64,000 nucleotides of DNA from Podarcis pityusensis. Its lineage: Eukaryota. The notes under the pieces are model-generated. The model did no database searches and was not told the DNA's origin. It saw only the letters and a list, made by a program, of their open reading frames with translations. Every line of letters starts with the position of its first letter. The stretch's first letter is position 1. Where the stretch lies: NCBI GenBank assembly GCA_964106645.2, contig OZ067044.1. One strand, written 5' to 3'. Shown here piece by piece: positions 25,124-36,300 of the stretch. The translations under genes and the position numbers were made by a program.

Positions 25124-25360
25124 AGCCAGTGTGGTGTAGTGGTTAAGAGCGGTGGACTCATAATCTGGTGAACCGCGTTCACATTCCCGCTCCTCCACAT
25201 GCAGCTGCTGGGTGACCTTGGGCTAGTCAGAAGTCTCTCAGCCCCACTAACCTCACAGAGTGTTTGTTGTGGGGGAGGAAGGGAAAGGAGAATGTTAGCC
25301 ACTTTGAGACTCCTTAGGGTTGTGATAAAGCGGGATATCAAATCCAAACTCCTCTTCTTC
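25124..25360 (+). mobile_element. tRNA-derived SINE with CTT tail (resembles squamate Squam3-type)
   Basis: A-box-like GTGGTGTAGTGG head, CTT tail, short TSD TCATAG; highly similar to the reverse complement of 27919-28166. Confidence 0.85.
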
Positions 25361-27537
25361 ATAGTGGGAAAGAATCCATTTTTATATTGTGTTGCATTGC
25401 TTTCAAATGGCTAGTGGAGTGCAAGTAGATTCAGGTTTGGTGGTCAGTCTCGGCTTCAGGTTTTGGAGGGCCCTTGGGAAGAACCTTGCTCAATAAGCCA
25501 TAATCACCAGGTGCTACTGCTTTCCCCCAAGCTGGAAAGGACAGGATATCCTTCTGGTCATTGCCTGGTCTGACCTGACCTAAGGTACAACCACCTACTA
25601 ACTAAACCCAGCTCACTAATATATGGAAACTTCTGTTTTCAATTCTGGTGCCTCAACTGTGGTCCAGCAGAGTTTTTGTAATGACAGTAGAAAAGACGTG
25701 TTCCAAAAGTGGGGAAGGCAAGAAGAAATGCCAGCAGAGAACTGAAACCAAGGATTGATCTGTTGTAGCCAGAGTTGTTGAATGTTAAGGAAAGTTACTT
25801 TGTTTGCAGCAGCAAATATTTCAGTTGTCTGCTCTATATATCTAAAACCATCTTTCACCAGAGATTTCAAGACAATTTAGAAAAATTAGAGCAAGTAGAA
25901 CAATAATAAATACACTCAGCTCTTGCCTCCTCCAGCCGTGTTCAATGATCAGAGGGAGAGGTGAGCAGTGGCAGCTGCACATTTTCCTCCCTCCTATCTC
26001 TGCTCATTGACTCAGAGACAGCATCCGAACAAGCAAGGAGAAGCACCTGGAATCGGAGACCTCAGGGATTGCTCGTAGGCCCCTTGCTGTGGCCCAATAA
26101 TGCCAGTTCCCAATGCCAGCTTGACTTCGGATAGTTTAAGCAGCTACTTGCCAAGAGCAATGAACCTCTCCCTGGTGATATAGATAAATCCAACCCAGTA
26201 ACGAACCCAAACGACATCTATTAAGGAAACACTTTAATTGGACCTCTTGTCTGCAAGTGTTTGTTCCTTTATGCCCATTTCTTTCCCATTACTTGCCACT
26301 AAAAAATTCAGCCATGGTCCCTAGACAGCAAAGAAAGTGCAAAGAAAGCGGGGGCGGGGGGGGCGGGGAGGCAAATGCCACTCACTTTCTGAATTTATGA
26401 AGTGCAAAAATCAACTAATGTTTGGTGGGGTATTACTCAAAATACATGGCTAAACGCTTGTAAAATAAATATAAATCCACTCTGCACAATTCTTAGCTCG
26501 GTGCCCAATGAGCTCTGCAGACTGTATCACATTCAACTTGTTTCTGCTTTGTACATTGTAAAATGTGAGCAATCTTAATTTTAGAAAATGAAACTCACCT
26601 GCTCAGAGTTTTGTCGTACTGTATCAGTGCTTGGATCTCCCATAGTTAATAAAGGACCTAGATTATCAGCAGCTGGATGAGATGAGAGAATATCTGTACA
26701 ACTTCCAATTGGAAAAACAATTTTATTGTTTTGGGAGCAGGTAGTTAGTGAGCCATCAGGACAGTAAGACTGAAGAAAAGCCCGGACACCATCAATGCCA
26801 ACAAACTGTGAAACAGGTACTCCATTGAAATTTCCAAATCCTGAGTCACACAATTGTGAGTTTCTCCACCTATAAAGTCTAAAAGCTAGTAACAAAAGCA
26901 GAAAGGTGAAGAACAAGCAGGAGACAGCAGCTACTGCAGTCACCAGGTACGAAGTGAGCTCACCATCAGATTGTGGGTCTTCAGATGCTGAGATGCTGCT
27001 CAGGTCTGAGAGGATTGCAGGGATGGTGTCAGCCAGAACCACAGTCAGAGTGGCTGAAGCAGAGAGAGGTGGCTGCCCATTGTCCTTGACTAAAACCACC
27101 AGGCTTTGCTTGAGGGCATCTTTCTCCAGAAAGAAGCGGGCCGTCCTGATCTCTCCCGTGTGGAGCCCCAGAGTGAAGAGCCCTGGCTCGGTGGCCTTGA
27201 TCAGCTGGTAGGAGAGCCAGGCATTCTGGCCAGAGTCCGCATCCACGGCCACCACCTTAGTGACCAAGTAGCCTGACTCTGAGGAGCGAGGGGCCAGCTC
27301 TATCCCCGTGGAGCCGTCGGTGGGAGGGGAGGGGTACAGGATTTGGGGAGCATTGTCATTCTGGTCCAGGATGAAGAGAGTCACTGAGACGTTAGAGCTG
27401 AGTGATGGAGAGCCTCCATCCTGGGCCTTGACCAGGAACTTAATCTCCCTGATCTCTTCATAGTCAAAGGAGTGTAGGGCATAGATTGCTCCAGTTTCAG
27501 AGTTAATTGAGAGGTAGGTAGGAAGGAAGGTATTTTT

Positions 27538-27630
27538 GACTTTAGTCTCATGCTCACTTATCTGAGGGTAAGTCACATTGAGCTCATTGGAATTTACTTC
27601 TGAGTAGACTTTCTTAGCACTGGGCTGCAC
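27538..27630. mobile_element. 93-bp palindromic MITE-like element inserted in frame in EC5
   Basis: 31 extra residues relative to all paralogs; DNA aligns with the free intergenic copy at 15061-15143. Confidence 0.75.
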
Positions 27631-27918
27631 AATATCTCTTTCGATGATAGAGTAAATTATTCTGCCATTTTCCTCACAATCAGAGTCATGTGCCTTCAAA
27701 ATAGTAATGAATTCACTTCTGTGGTTATTTTCCTCAAGATAAAAAGTGAATGCTGTATTTTTAAAGGTGGGTGGGTTGTCATTTTCATCTAATATTTCTA
27801 GTGGGAAGTAAGCAGTTGTTGAGAGAGAAGGTATCCCGTGGTCACTTGCTATTATTGTGATGTTATATTCTGAGACCCTCTCCCTGTCAAGGACACTTGC
27901 AATCTCCAAGTTGTAATA

Positions 27919-28166
27919 GAAGAAGAAGAAGAAGAGTTTGGATTTGATATCCCGCCTTTCACTCCCCTTCAGGAGTCTCAAAGCGGCTAACATTCTCCTT
28001 TCCCTTCCTCCCCCACAACAAACACTCTGTGAGGTGAGTGGGGCTGAGAGACTTCAGAGAAGTGTGACGAGCCCAAGGTCACCCAGCAGCTGCATGTGGA
28101 GGAGCGGAGACGCGAACCCGGTTCCCCAGATTACGAGTCTACCGCTCTTAACCACTACACCACACA
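27919..28166 (-). mobile_element. Young tRNA-derived SINE with (CTT)n tail inserted in a coding exon
   Basis: GTGTGGTGTAGTGGTTAAGAGCGG head, retained CpGs, clean (CTT)5 tail; sits between the AAC and TAT codons with at most 1-2 nt duplication. Confidence 0.92.
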
Positions 28167-29530
28167 GTTGTCAAATGCTTTCTTCAACAGAAACGGAAGT
28201 CCTGCTGGTATAGAACATGAGACCTCTCCATTTTCCCCATCATCTCTGTCATTTATATTTATAAGACCTATTACAGTTCCTGGAGGAGAACTTTCTTCAA
28301 CCTTGCTGAAAAGTGGTGTAATTGCTATCTCTGGTGGATTGTCATTCGCATCCATGACTCTTATGACTACTCTAGCGCGAGTAGACAAGCCAGCCCCATC
28401 TTGTGCTTGGACTTCCATTTCATGTGCTATAGATTCTTCAAAGTCAATATTCCCAATGACTGATATCTGCCCTGTTGCGGAATCCAAGTGGAATATTTTG
28501 GAAGCTTTGTCTGAAATTTTTCTGAATGAATACATTACCTTTGAGTTTATTCCCTCATCAAGGTCAGTTGCATTCAGAATTAACACGTGCGACCCTTTAA
28601 GCATGTTTTCCATAACGTCCGCTTCATACAGAGACTTACTGAAAATAGGAGCATTGTCATTTACATCTGCAACAGCAACACGGATTTCCACCGTACCAGA
28701 CCTGGCAGGTTCTCCTTTGTCAGCAGCAGTGAGAATTAGTTGGTGTACTTTTTGTTCTTCTCGATCTAACAGCTTTTCAAGGACTAGTTCTGCGTATTTG
28801 ATCCCATCAACTCCAGTTTGTACATCCAAGGAAAAGTGTCTGTTGCTACTGAGATGGTAGCTCTGGAGAGAATTCGTCCCTAGATCTGGATCCTGAGCCC
28901 CTGGTAAAAGAAACCTTGCCCCAAGACCTGAGTTTTCAGCAATTGTTAATTCAAACTCCTCTACAGGGAAGCTGGGTGAGTTGTCATTAATATCAGTTAT
29001 TTCAACTTTAGCCATAAAAAACTTCACTTTATCCTTCACAAGAATCTCAAAATTTAACAGACATTTTTCTACCTGGTGGCAAATCTGCTCCCTGTCAATT
29101 ACTTCCTTGATAAACAAATGTCCATTTCTCAAATCAAGTGAAAAATATTGCTTCATACCTCTGGAAATTATCCTGGTGTCTCCACTTGATAACTCCTTTA
29201 TGCTCAGTCCAAGATCCTTTGCAATATCTCCTACAAAAGAACCTTTCTCCATTTCCTCAGGAATCAAATAATGTATTTGCCCAGAAGCTACCTCCCAGAC
29301 CATCGCCAGCACAAAGCAAAGCACACTATTCTTTTGATAGCATAGAATCCTTCCAGCCATTTCCAGGTAGACTGTCAGATTGTTGTGCCCTTATTGTCCA
29401 GTTTGGACCTTACAAAGGTTCCAAAGGCTCCCTAGATATTTCCTCCTGCAAATCCAGACTTGCTGAACGCGGATGTGAGCTTTGTGTATTTGCAGAATGA
29501 GAGCAGAACAGGGATTTGTAGTTCTTGGCT

Positions 29531-29575
29531 TATGAGCAAACAGCGACACTTAGAGGTTCAATGAATAATTACACC
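29531..29575 (-). promoter_or_regulatory. CSE / CTCF site of the SINE-disrupted gamma exon
   Basis: Minus strand TGTAATTATTCATTGAACCTCTAAGTGTCGCTGTTTGCTCAT, ~180 bp upstream of ATG 29360. Confidence 0.82.
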
Positions 29576-30316
29576 AGTTTTAGTCCTTCCGCAGTGTTTT
29601 TCTGGGCGGGGGGAAGACTTCAAGCAAAACCCAATTAATTTTAGATAATAGTCTATTATTCCTAAGGAACACCAAATAGCAACTAGTCATGTGTACCAAT
29701 TTGCTTTACAATTTTTAAGTCAACCTATGGAAAGATGCTGTTATGTTAATTGTTCTGATCTATCTCCCAATTTCATGCCTATGATGCTCAAGGTTTTCTT
29801 ACATCTGGTGAACTGGGCCACAAAACTGTTGTTTCTTTCTGCAACAGGCTAAGATGACTAGCCCTCTGAATATGCTTCCCTATTGTTCCTATTTTTCATC
29901 AGTAATAATAATAATAATAATAATAATAATTTTATTATTTATACCCCACTGATCTAGATAGCTTGCCCCAGAGTGTTGAAAATAAACACTGAGCATTCAA
30001 TAAATACATATATAATACTGGGAGAAAGCAAGTGAGAGGGGACAGATTTTGAACTATGTAAACAATCGTTTTTAATTTTCTATTTTCATTATCAGTTGTA
30101 GAAGGGGAGTATGCTTAGTAAAACAGTGGATTTTTAAGTGTTGTACAATGCATGACTGCAGTGACTACATTATTACATGAGCACTGCATTATTTATATAC
30201 ATTCATTCGAAATAAGATGGGTTTATGAAGCATTCTATATCCACCCACCATGCTGATGAAGAATTCTATGAAACAGTAGCCAATATCTGGAATTACTGTT
30301 CAGTATTGGACATCAT

Positions 30317-30665
30317 AGGGATGTGGGTGGCACTCTGGGTTAAACCACAGAGCCTAGGACTTGCCGATCAGAAGGTCGGCGGTTCGAATCCCCACGTCGG
30401 GGTGAGCTCCCGTTGCTCAGTCCCTGCTCCTGCCAACCTAGCAGTTCGAAAGCACGTCCAAGTGCAAGTAGATAAATAGGTACCACTCCTGCGGGAAGGT
30501 AAACAGCGTTTCCGTGCGCTGCTCCGGTTCACCAAAAGCGGCTTAGTCATGCTGGTCACATGACCTGTTGTACGCCGGCTCCCTCGGCCAATAAAGCGAG
30601 ATGAGCGCCGCAACCCCAGAGTCGGCCACGACTGGACCTAATGGTCAGGGGTTACTTTACCTTTT
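30317..30665 (+). mobile_element. Full-length Sauria SINE
   Basis: GGGTGGCACTCTGGGTTAAACCACAGAGCCTAGG head, B-box GGTTCGAATCC, ACCTTT tail; 13-bp TSD TATTGGACATCAT (30304-30316, 30666-30678). Confidence 0.92.
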
Positions 30666-31201
30666 TATTGGACATCATTGTTGAATACACAAAGCTTCAC
30701 AGCTTGTCTTCCACCATACAAAGTTTGGTACCTCGCTTTATTTAAAGATTTTCAGAGACTTTGAGACTAAAGATTTCATTCTGAACTTTTTATGATTTGA
30801 AGGAATTCTATAAAGATTGTCTATTACGTATGTATATGGTCATTGTGTTGCCTAGACATTGTTGGCGTTCTCTTTGCAACACAGGGGATTGTTTGGATAC
30901 CAGCTGGGACCCAGGCAGCTGAGCCAAGCCAGACAGATCTTAAGTTGGTTTAAGTCATGGAAAGTGGGTATGGTTGGGGAGGATCCGGGGGAGGACTTAG
31001 GCTGGATCCTAAGCTCATTGAGAATGGTCATATAACCCAGGTTAGCAAAGTAGGTTGGCAAGGAGGGTGATGTAACCCAAACACCTGTTTTCAAGGCTTG
31101 TTTTTCCCTCCGCCAGGCTTAGACATGCTTCAGAATGGAGTTTGGCTCTGGCATACTTTACCCCAGCTTAACTTCACACCAGGTTTTTATGTATAGGATT
31201 G

Positions 31202-31223
31202 CCCTAACCCTAACCCTAACCCT
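31202..31223 (+). repeat. Short interstitial telomeric-type repeat (CCCTAA)3.7
   Basis: CCCTAACCCTAACCCTAACCCT seen directly. Confidence 0.7.
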
Positions 31224-31248
31224 GCCTATGTATTACTATTTGTTCTCT

Positions 31249-31460
31249 GAGAGCCAGTGTGGTGCAGTGGTTAGAGTGTCAGACTAGGACCTGGGAGACG
31301 CAGGTTCAAATCCGGACATGGCCTTGTGTGACCTTGGCCATTCACAGTCCATCAGCCTAACCTACCTTGTTGTGAAGGCAAGATAGGAAGGAAGAGAACT
31401 ATGTATGAGCTCCTTGCACTCCTTGGAGGAAAGTGGGATACAAATGAAATAAATGAATAA
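31249..31460 (+). mobile_element. Older tRNA/CORE-type SINE (MIR-like or Squam3-like)
   Basis: GCCAGTGTGGTGCAGTGGTTAGAGTG head, B-box GGTTCAAATCC, CORE-like TGTGTGACCTTGG, TAAA-rich tail. Confidence 0.75.
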
Positions 31461-33257
31461 TACATTCAAATAAAAGAAAGAAAATGAATCTTAGTTTCCC
31501 CCCCAAACAAGGGAAGAATACCGGGTTGATATTTAACCTTCTTGGGGCACAGTTCAAATCCTGATAAAAGTCGGAAATACCCAAACATTTCTTGGCATAT
31601 CTGGCATATCAGGATTTGTGTAGTGCCCAAAAAAGGTGAAATCATATTTAAAGAAGACTAGTTAAGCCCCTTGTTGAATCAAATGCAATAGGAGCTCAGG
31701 AATTGGACAAAATAGAATTTATATCGACTTGGACACCTAGCAATTGTTACAATAATGTTATTGTCAAAATTCCTGTTCCTGTTCCAGAACTTGCCAACCT
31801 CAATCTTTCCCAAACAATTTAAGATCTGGCCAACTTTGCTCAGTAAATATATACCGTACATGGGGGTAAAAAACCCAGAGTCAGCAATCAGATTCTGTAG
31901 ATTACAGCCCTTACTTTGATGCAGTTCAGATTAGACATTTATGTTCCTTAATCAATAATGAAGATGGCAAACCTTGTGTCGGGATAATCAATTAATGCAC
32001 TTCCTGTTAGATCTGGTGATAGCTGCCCAGGCAACCTGCGGTTTTGTGGGAAATACGTTTTTGTTGAGAACGAAGACTATGTGAACTAGACGTTGTAGCC
32101 ACAGAAGATGAAATTGTGGGTGAAAATTGATTTTTGCTCCTTGCTTCTTTAAAACTGATACCTAAATGGTGTCTTGCTCCCATGAAACTTTTCAGAATCA
32201 CTAATACAGCAAGCTCAAATTGAAGGAGATTATGTGGTGAACTTGGGACTTACCTTCATATGCGATGGCAGTGCCCAGTGAAACAAATCTTTTCATCAAG
32301 AGTATTTTCAGAGATTATGCTTAGCACAGGTTAACCTTTGAAGATTGCACCAGTTTTAGCTGTGTTAAACTTTTCTGATAGTCCTAATCAAGATGTGTGG
32401 TTTAAAGATCTAATACTAGTGGCTACATACTTGGAAGCAGAACACAAATGGTTCCTAAACTCATAGGTGTGTCTGGAAAATTGCTTTAATCAAAAAATTC
32501 ACGTCAAATCAGATAATGAAATAGACTTTGGTTTCCTAGACTGATTGCATGATCCTTACTTATACGGACTGCTGCAAATTTTATTTGTATTGGAATGTAT
32601 ATTTTTACCTGTCTCTTCATTGGAGGGGATTATGGAATTAACTTGGAAACCCAGCAAATATCCTAAGGCTTAAATATTAAGGTAGTGAATACCTCATTGT
32701 TTATGTAAGAACTGGCACATCTCTTAACCTGTGGTTGACAAGGGGAGCCATTGTGGAGGTTCTTTAGTTCAATGTGGAATCCAACATAATAAAGGAAAAT
32801 CTTTGTAAGCCTGGGAGATAGGCAAACAGAGGGCTGCTACTTAGGAATAAGATTCTCCCAAGAGTCTGGTGAGTTGAAGGACTGCTTAGTCCCAGGAAAG
32901 TGGATAGTGCTTTAATTGGCTTTATTTTGCTATTTTGTTCGGGGGTGTGTGTGTAATGGTTTTCTGTAACTTTTGCATTACATATCTTTCTTTTAAAACT
33001 CCATATTTTTTTCCGTCTTTCTAAACACTTTATTTGTTTCATAACCAATGTGGTCTCAGCTTATTTTAACACCCTCACACTTAGAAGCTATGTCACGTTA
33101 CCTTAAAAGGCATCAGGGAAAGCACAGGAAATTGGGAGACTGATAAGGGACGGCCTTGTGGGAATAACCTCTTGTCACTACACTTGGTAGCAATCTGGGA
33201 AATGTTCCAAGGACTTAACTGTGACTTTGTTGTTGTCTTCTTATGTTTGATTGTTTG

Positions 33258-33362
33258 AAGACCAAGTTATATGGTGAAAGTTTGAAGGAGGTAGGTATAT
33301 ATAATCTGGAGAAGAGAAGATTAAGAGGACATGATATCTGTCTTCAAATGTTTGAAGGCTTT
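33258..33362 (+). mobile_element. CR1 LINE ORF2 C-terminal fragment
   Basis: Encodes YGESLKEVGIYNLEKRRLRG, resembling the CR1 motif YEERLxELGLFSLEKRRLRGD. Confidence 0.65.
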
Positions 33363-36300
33363 TCACTTCCTTCTTTTTTGTGTCTTATCTTACTCTGTGC
33401 ACTTGTAATTTTGTGCTTTTTATTTAAAGTGTATGTATGTGTGCATAGGCAGCAGGGTAAGCTATAAAGTATCCCAGCAGTTAGTAATACAAGTAGTGAA
33501 TAATATAGTCAAGCTGAGGGAAATTGACAGAATGCCTTCATTCTCCAGGTGTCCTCTAAACTCCCATCCCGATGTTTATTGTAAGGAAATGGCTCTAAAT
33601 TATTACAACCACAATAGGTTGGTGAAGCAGATCAGGGAGAATTTCTTCCCTCTGGCCCATGCCTGGTCTGTAAAGCAGGCTATGGTTTGTGGCCTTGGTA
33701 GTTTGCCTTGCTGATGCTTGCTGCCCCACCCTAGGGATCCTGTTTCACAAAGCATTTCCATCCATAGATTTTAGAAAGTGATTTTATTATTTTATGAACA
33801 TACAAAAATGATATTCAAATCTAGCAAACAATATGTAAAAGTACACAGCATCTTTTTCATCTTCTCATAACAAAAAGATGACATTGACAGTGCATAAAAA
33901 GAAATATGTGCATTCTATATCTTAAAACTAGCATGTTTCCCTGCTGATTCCAGTTGTATATAAATTGCACTCTTTCCTATCCTGTTTCACTATAATACTA
34001 CTTGCCACTTCCTTTCATCCACAGACTTCAAAATGCTTCACTATTGTGAATTTTTGTCATTGTAAGAATATAATACAATTCCCAAAACACAAAGGTTTAC
34101 TGAAAATTCTATTCCAAACTGCACAACTACATAACCACATAACTGTGAAACCACACTGTTATAATATAGTCTATAATTCCTGTTTTAGAGTGTTTACAGT
34201 AGCAGTTTATCATAGGCTGATAGCTGGGTTTAACACTAAATTGTCCCTGTCACTGTAGAGAATGAAGATTGGAATCAATTTGGTGTTAAGTCCATCTAGT
34301 TGCCACCAGAGTAGTTCCAAACACCATAAATAAACCAACATTAAAGGCCAGCTTTAAATAATGTGATTTAGCATAGTTTACATTGTTCTTTTCAAATACA
34401 GTATGCTTCATTATTCCATTGCTGGAAAGAAGTATTGATTAGCTTGCAAACAATTTCTCAGCATCAGCCGCAGTGTTTGAAACTCCCATTTTTCTAGGCA
34501 CATTTTGCGGCAGAGAATTTCATTAGCACGAGCAGTTTCAGAGCTCTGGACGCACTTCTGTGACTAAGATTTCAGATTAAAACTGCAGAGTGGAAGGAAA
34601 AGAGGACCTTTTTCTGTCTCCCTGCTTCCAGCTACTCTCTGAAAACTGGAGAAGAGACCATCTTAAGAATATTAGGGGGTTGGGCAGGGGAAGGACTAGA
34701 CCATGTGAAAAATGAGCATAATATTTTAGATGCAGTTCATTTTCAGTTTTGTATTCTTCCTATAAAAAAGCACGCCTAGACATTTCATTGTTGCGCCCAT
34801 AACTAGGTTTAAGGTTCCTTTTAGCTCCTAGCTTTCATATCTCAGTTTTTAACACTGGCCGCAGATTGTGGGTCAATTGCAGGAAAACAGGAATAGTTAA
34901 ATTTCAGAGAAAACATGTGCACATGTATGTGTATGCACACATGCAGTGTGTGTATGTGGACTCGACAGCCTGGTTTGCACATAACACTAAGCTATGGTTT
35001 ATTAATTTATGGTTCATTAAACTGCAGCTGACTGTTATGTGTGAACCCAACTCAACAGTTTAACTATGGTTCATTAATAAAAATTTGTAGCTGGTTTATA
35101 TATCTTAGTATTAACCACAATGTAAGCGCTACATGTCAGCCCGGACCTCCTCCAAAAGCTACAGAGCTGCAAGTGATGAGTGGCAAAAATTTCAAACTGT
35201 TCTCTAGGCTTGACTGCTCTCGCTTGTGCTTTTAACTGTTCTGTGATATAATAATCAAGTGAGCATCTAGATTTAGTTCAGTGTTATGTGCAAACTAGGC
35301 CAATGAAAGAGAAGTTGCTAACACAAATATAGCTACAGGAAACGGTAGAATTGAGCATTTAGACAGGAAAGTGCACACACAGTGTAACTATGACTAGAAA
35401 ATAAAGTGTAAATTCACTGAGAAATGGAAGTCCTATGTGCAAGCTTCGCTGAAATAAATGGGAGAAATATTCTCTTACAAAGCTCCCATTCCTTTCAATG
35501 TCCCAGTGGACTATGTCCAGACTTCTTCCCCTAACTGATTATACTCATTCATTTGTCTCGCTAGGTCTTCAAATGAAGCTACTGGATACTACTAACAGCT
35601 GCATTACAACCAGCAAACAGAATTTCTGAGAAATTGCTATAACCATTGAAAATATTTGAAGGAAAGCAGCAAAGCTAGCATAAAAGTAAACTAAGGAATA
35701 ATTACAACAATGAGCATGCAATAAAGTCACCTACATTTCTTTAACCAGCTAGATCAAAAGAGCAGTGGGCTATTGTAAAATCCTACAAAGCATAAATATA
35801 ATTGTCTACTAGGTCAATGTATGTGGACAATCCAGCTACACATTCTCCTACAGAAGCTCCATCGAAATGAATGAGAACAGTACAAGAGCATTTCTGTTCT
35901 TTTCTATTTGCTTGCACAAGAGAGTTTCCTGGTATCTTTCTCCTTTAGGCAGAGGACCCATATTTTTTTAGGCCAGGGGTCAAGTTTCTTGCATGAGACT
36001 TGATCATTTGGTTATTTGTCTTCAGAGAAAGAATGATGGATGGAGTTGGTCGTCCTCATCTATTGATAGGTAAGCCAGTCATTTTGACCACAGTTTATAT
36101 TTGCCCCAGTTGCCTGATTGACAATGCAACCCGGGGCTCCAGATCTGGGGGCAGCGTCTTCAGAGAGAGATGCTCTGGCCTGCAAAGGACATAAAAAAGT
36201 GCATTGTAATTTTCTGAAAGCTGATGTGGTTTTCATTAGATAAATGCTGCCAAGGCATTAAGCTGCAGTAAGAAGAGTGTAATGAAATGCCATGCTTACC

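Larger units (their letters stand above)
26599..29360 (-). pseudogene. PCDHGA: Protocadherin gamma-A-like variable exon disrupted in EC4 by a 248-bp SINE insertion; first gamma exon after the beta array
   Basis: ORFs 28155..29360 and 26581..27993 rejoin in frame (KAFDN|YYNLEIASVLDRE) once 27919-28166 is removed. The SINE adds a TAG at 28155-28157 and a frameshift. Donor CAG|GTGAGT at 26599 and the CSE are intact. Confidence 0.9.

Noticed and set aside
25124-25200. tRNA gene-like heads (also near 28100-28166, 30320, 31250 and 52250)
   Set aside because: They are the tRNA-derived heads of SINEs with bodies and tails, not cloverleaf tRNA genes.
26349-26372. G-rich run with G-quadruplex or Sp1 potential
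   Set aside because: A single low-complexity tract with no counterpart near other exons.
27890-28170. Rescue of the pseudogene by splicing out the SINE (pyrimidine tail as acceptor tract)
   Set aside because: The nearest acceptor is a disfavoured GAG and the in-frame donors (GTGGTG, GTGTAG) are weak; unsupported without RNA data.
28096-28860. 254-aa plus-strand ORF starting in the SINE
   Set aside because: Antisense shadow of the cadherin reading frame.
31640-32000. Possible Gypsy RT remnant
   Set aside because: Only a faint RFC-DY-like trace; too degraded to support without a search.
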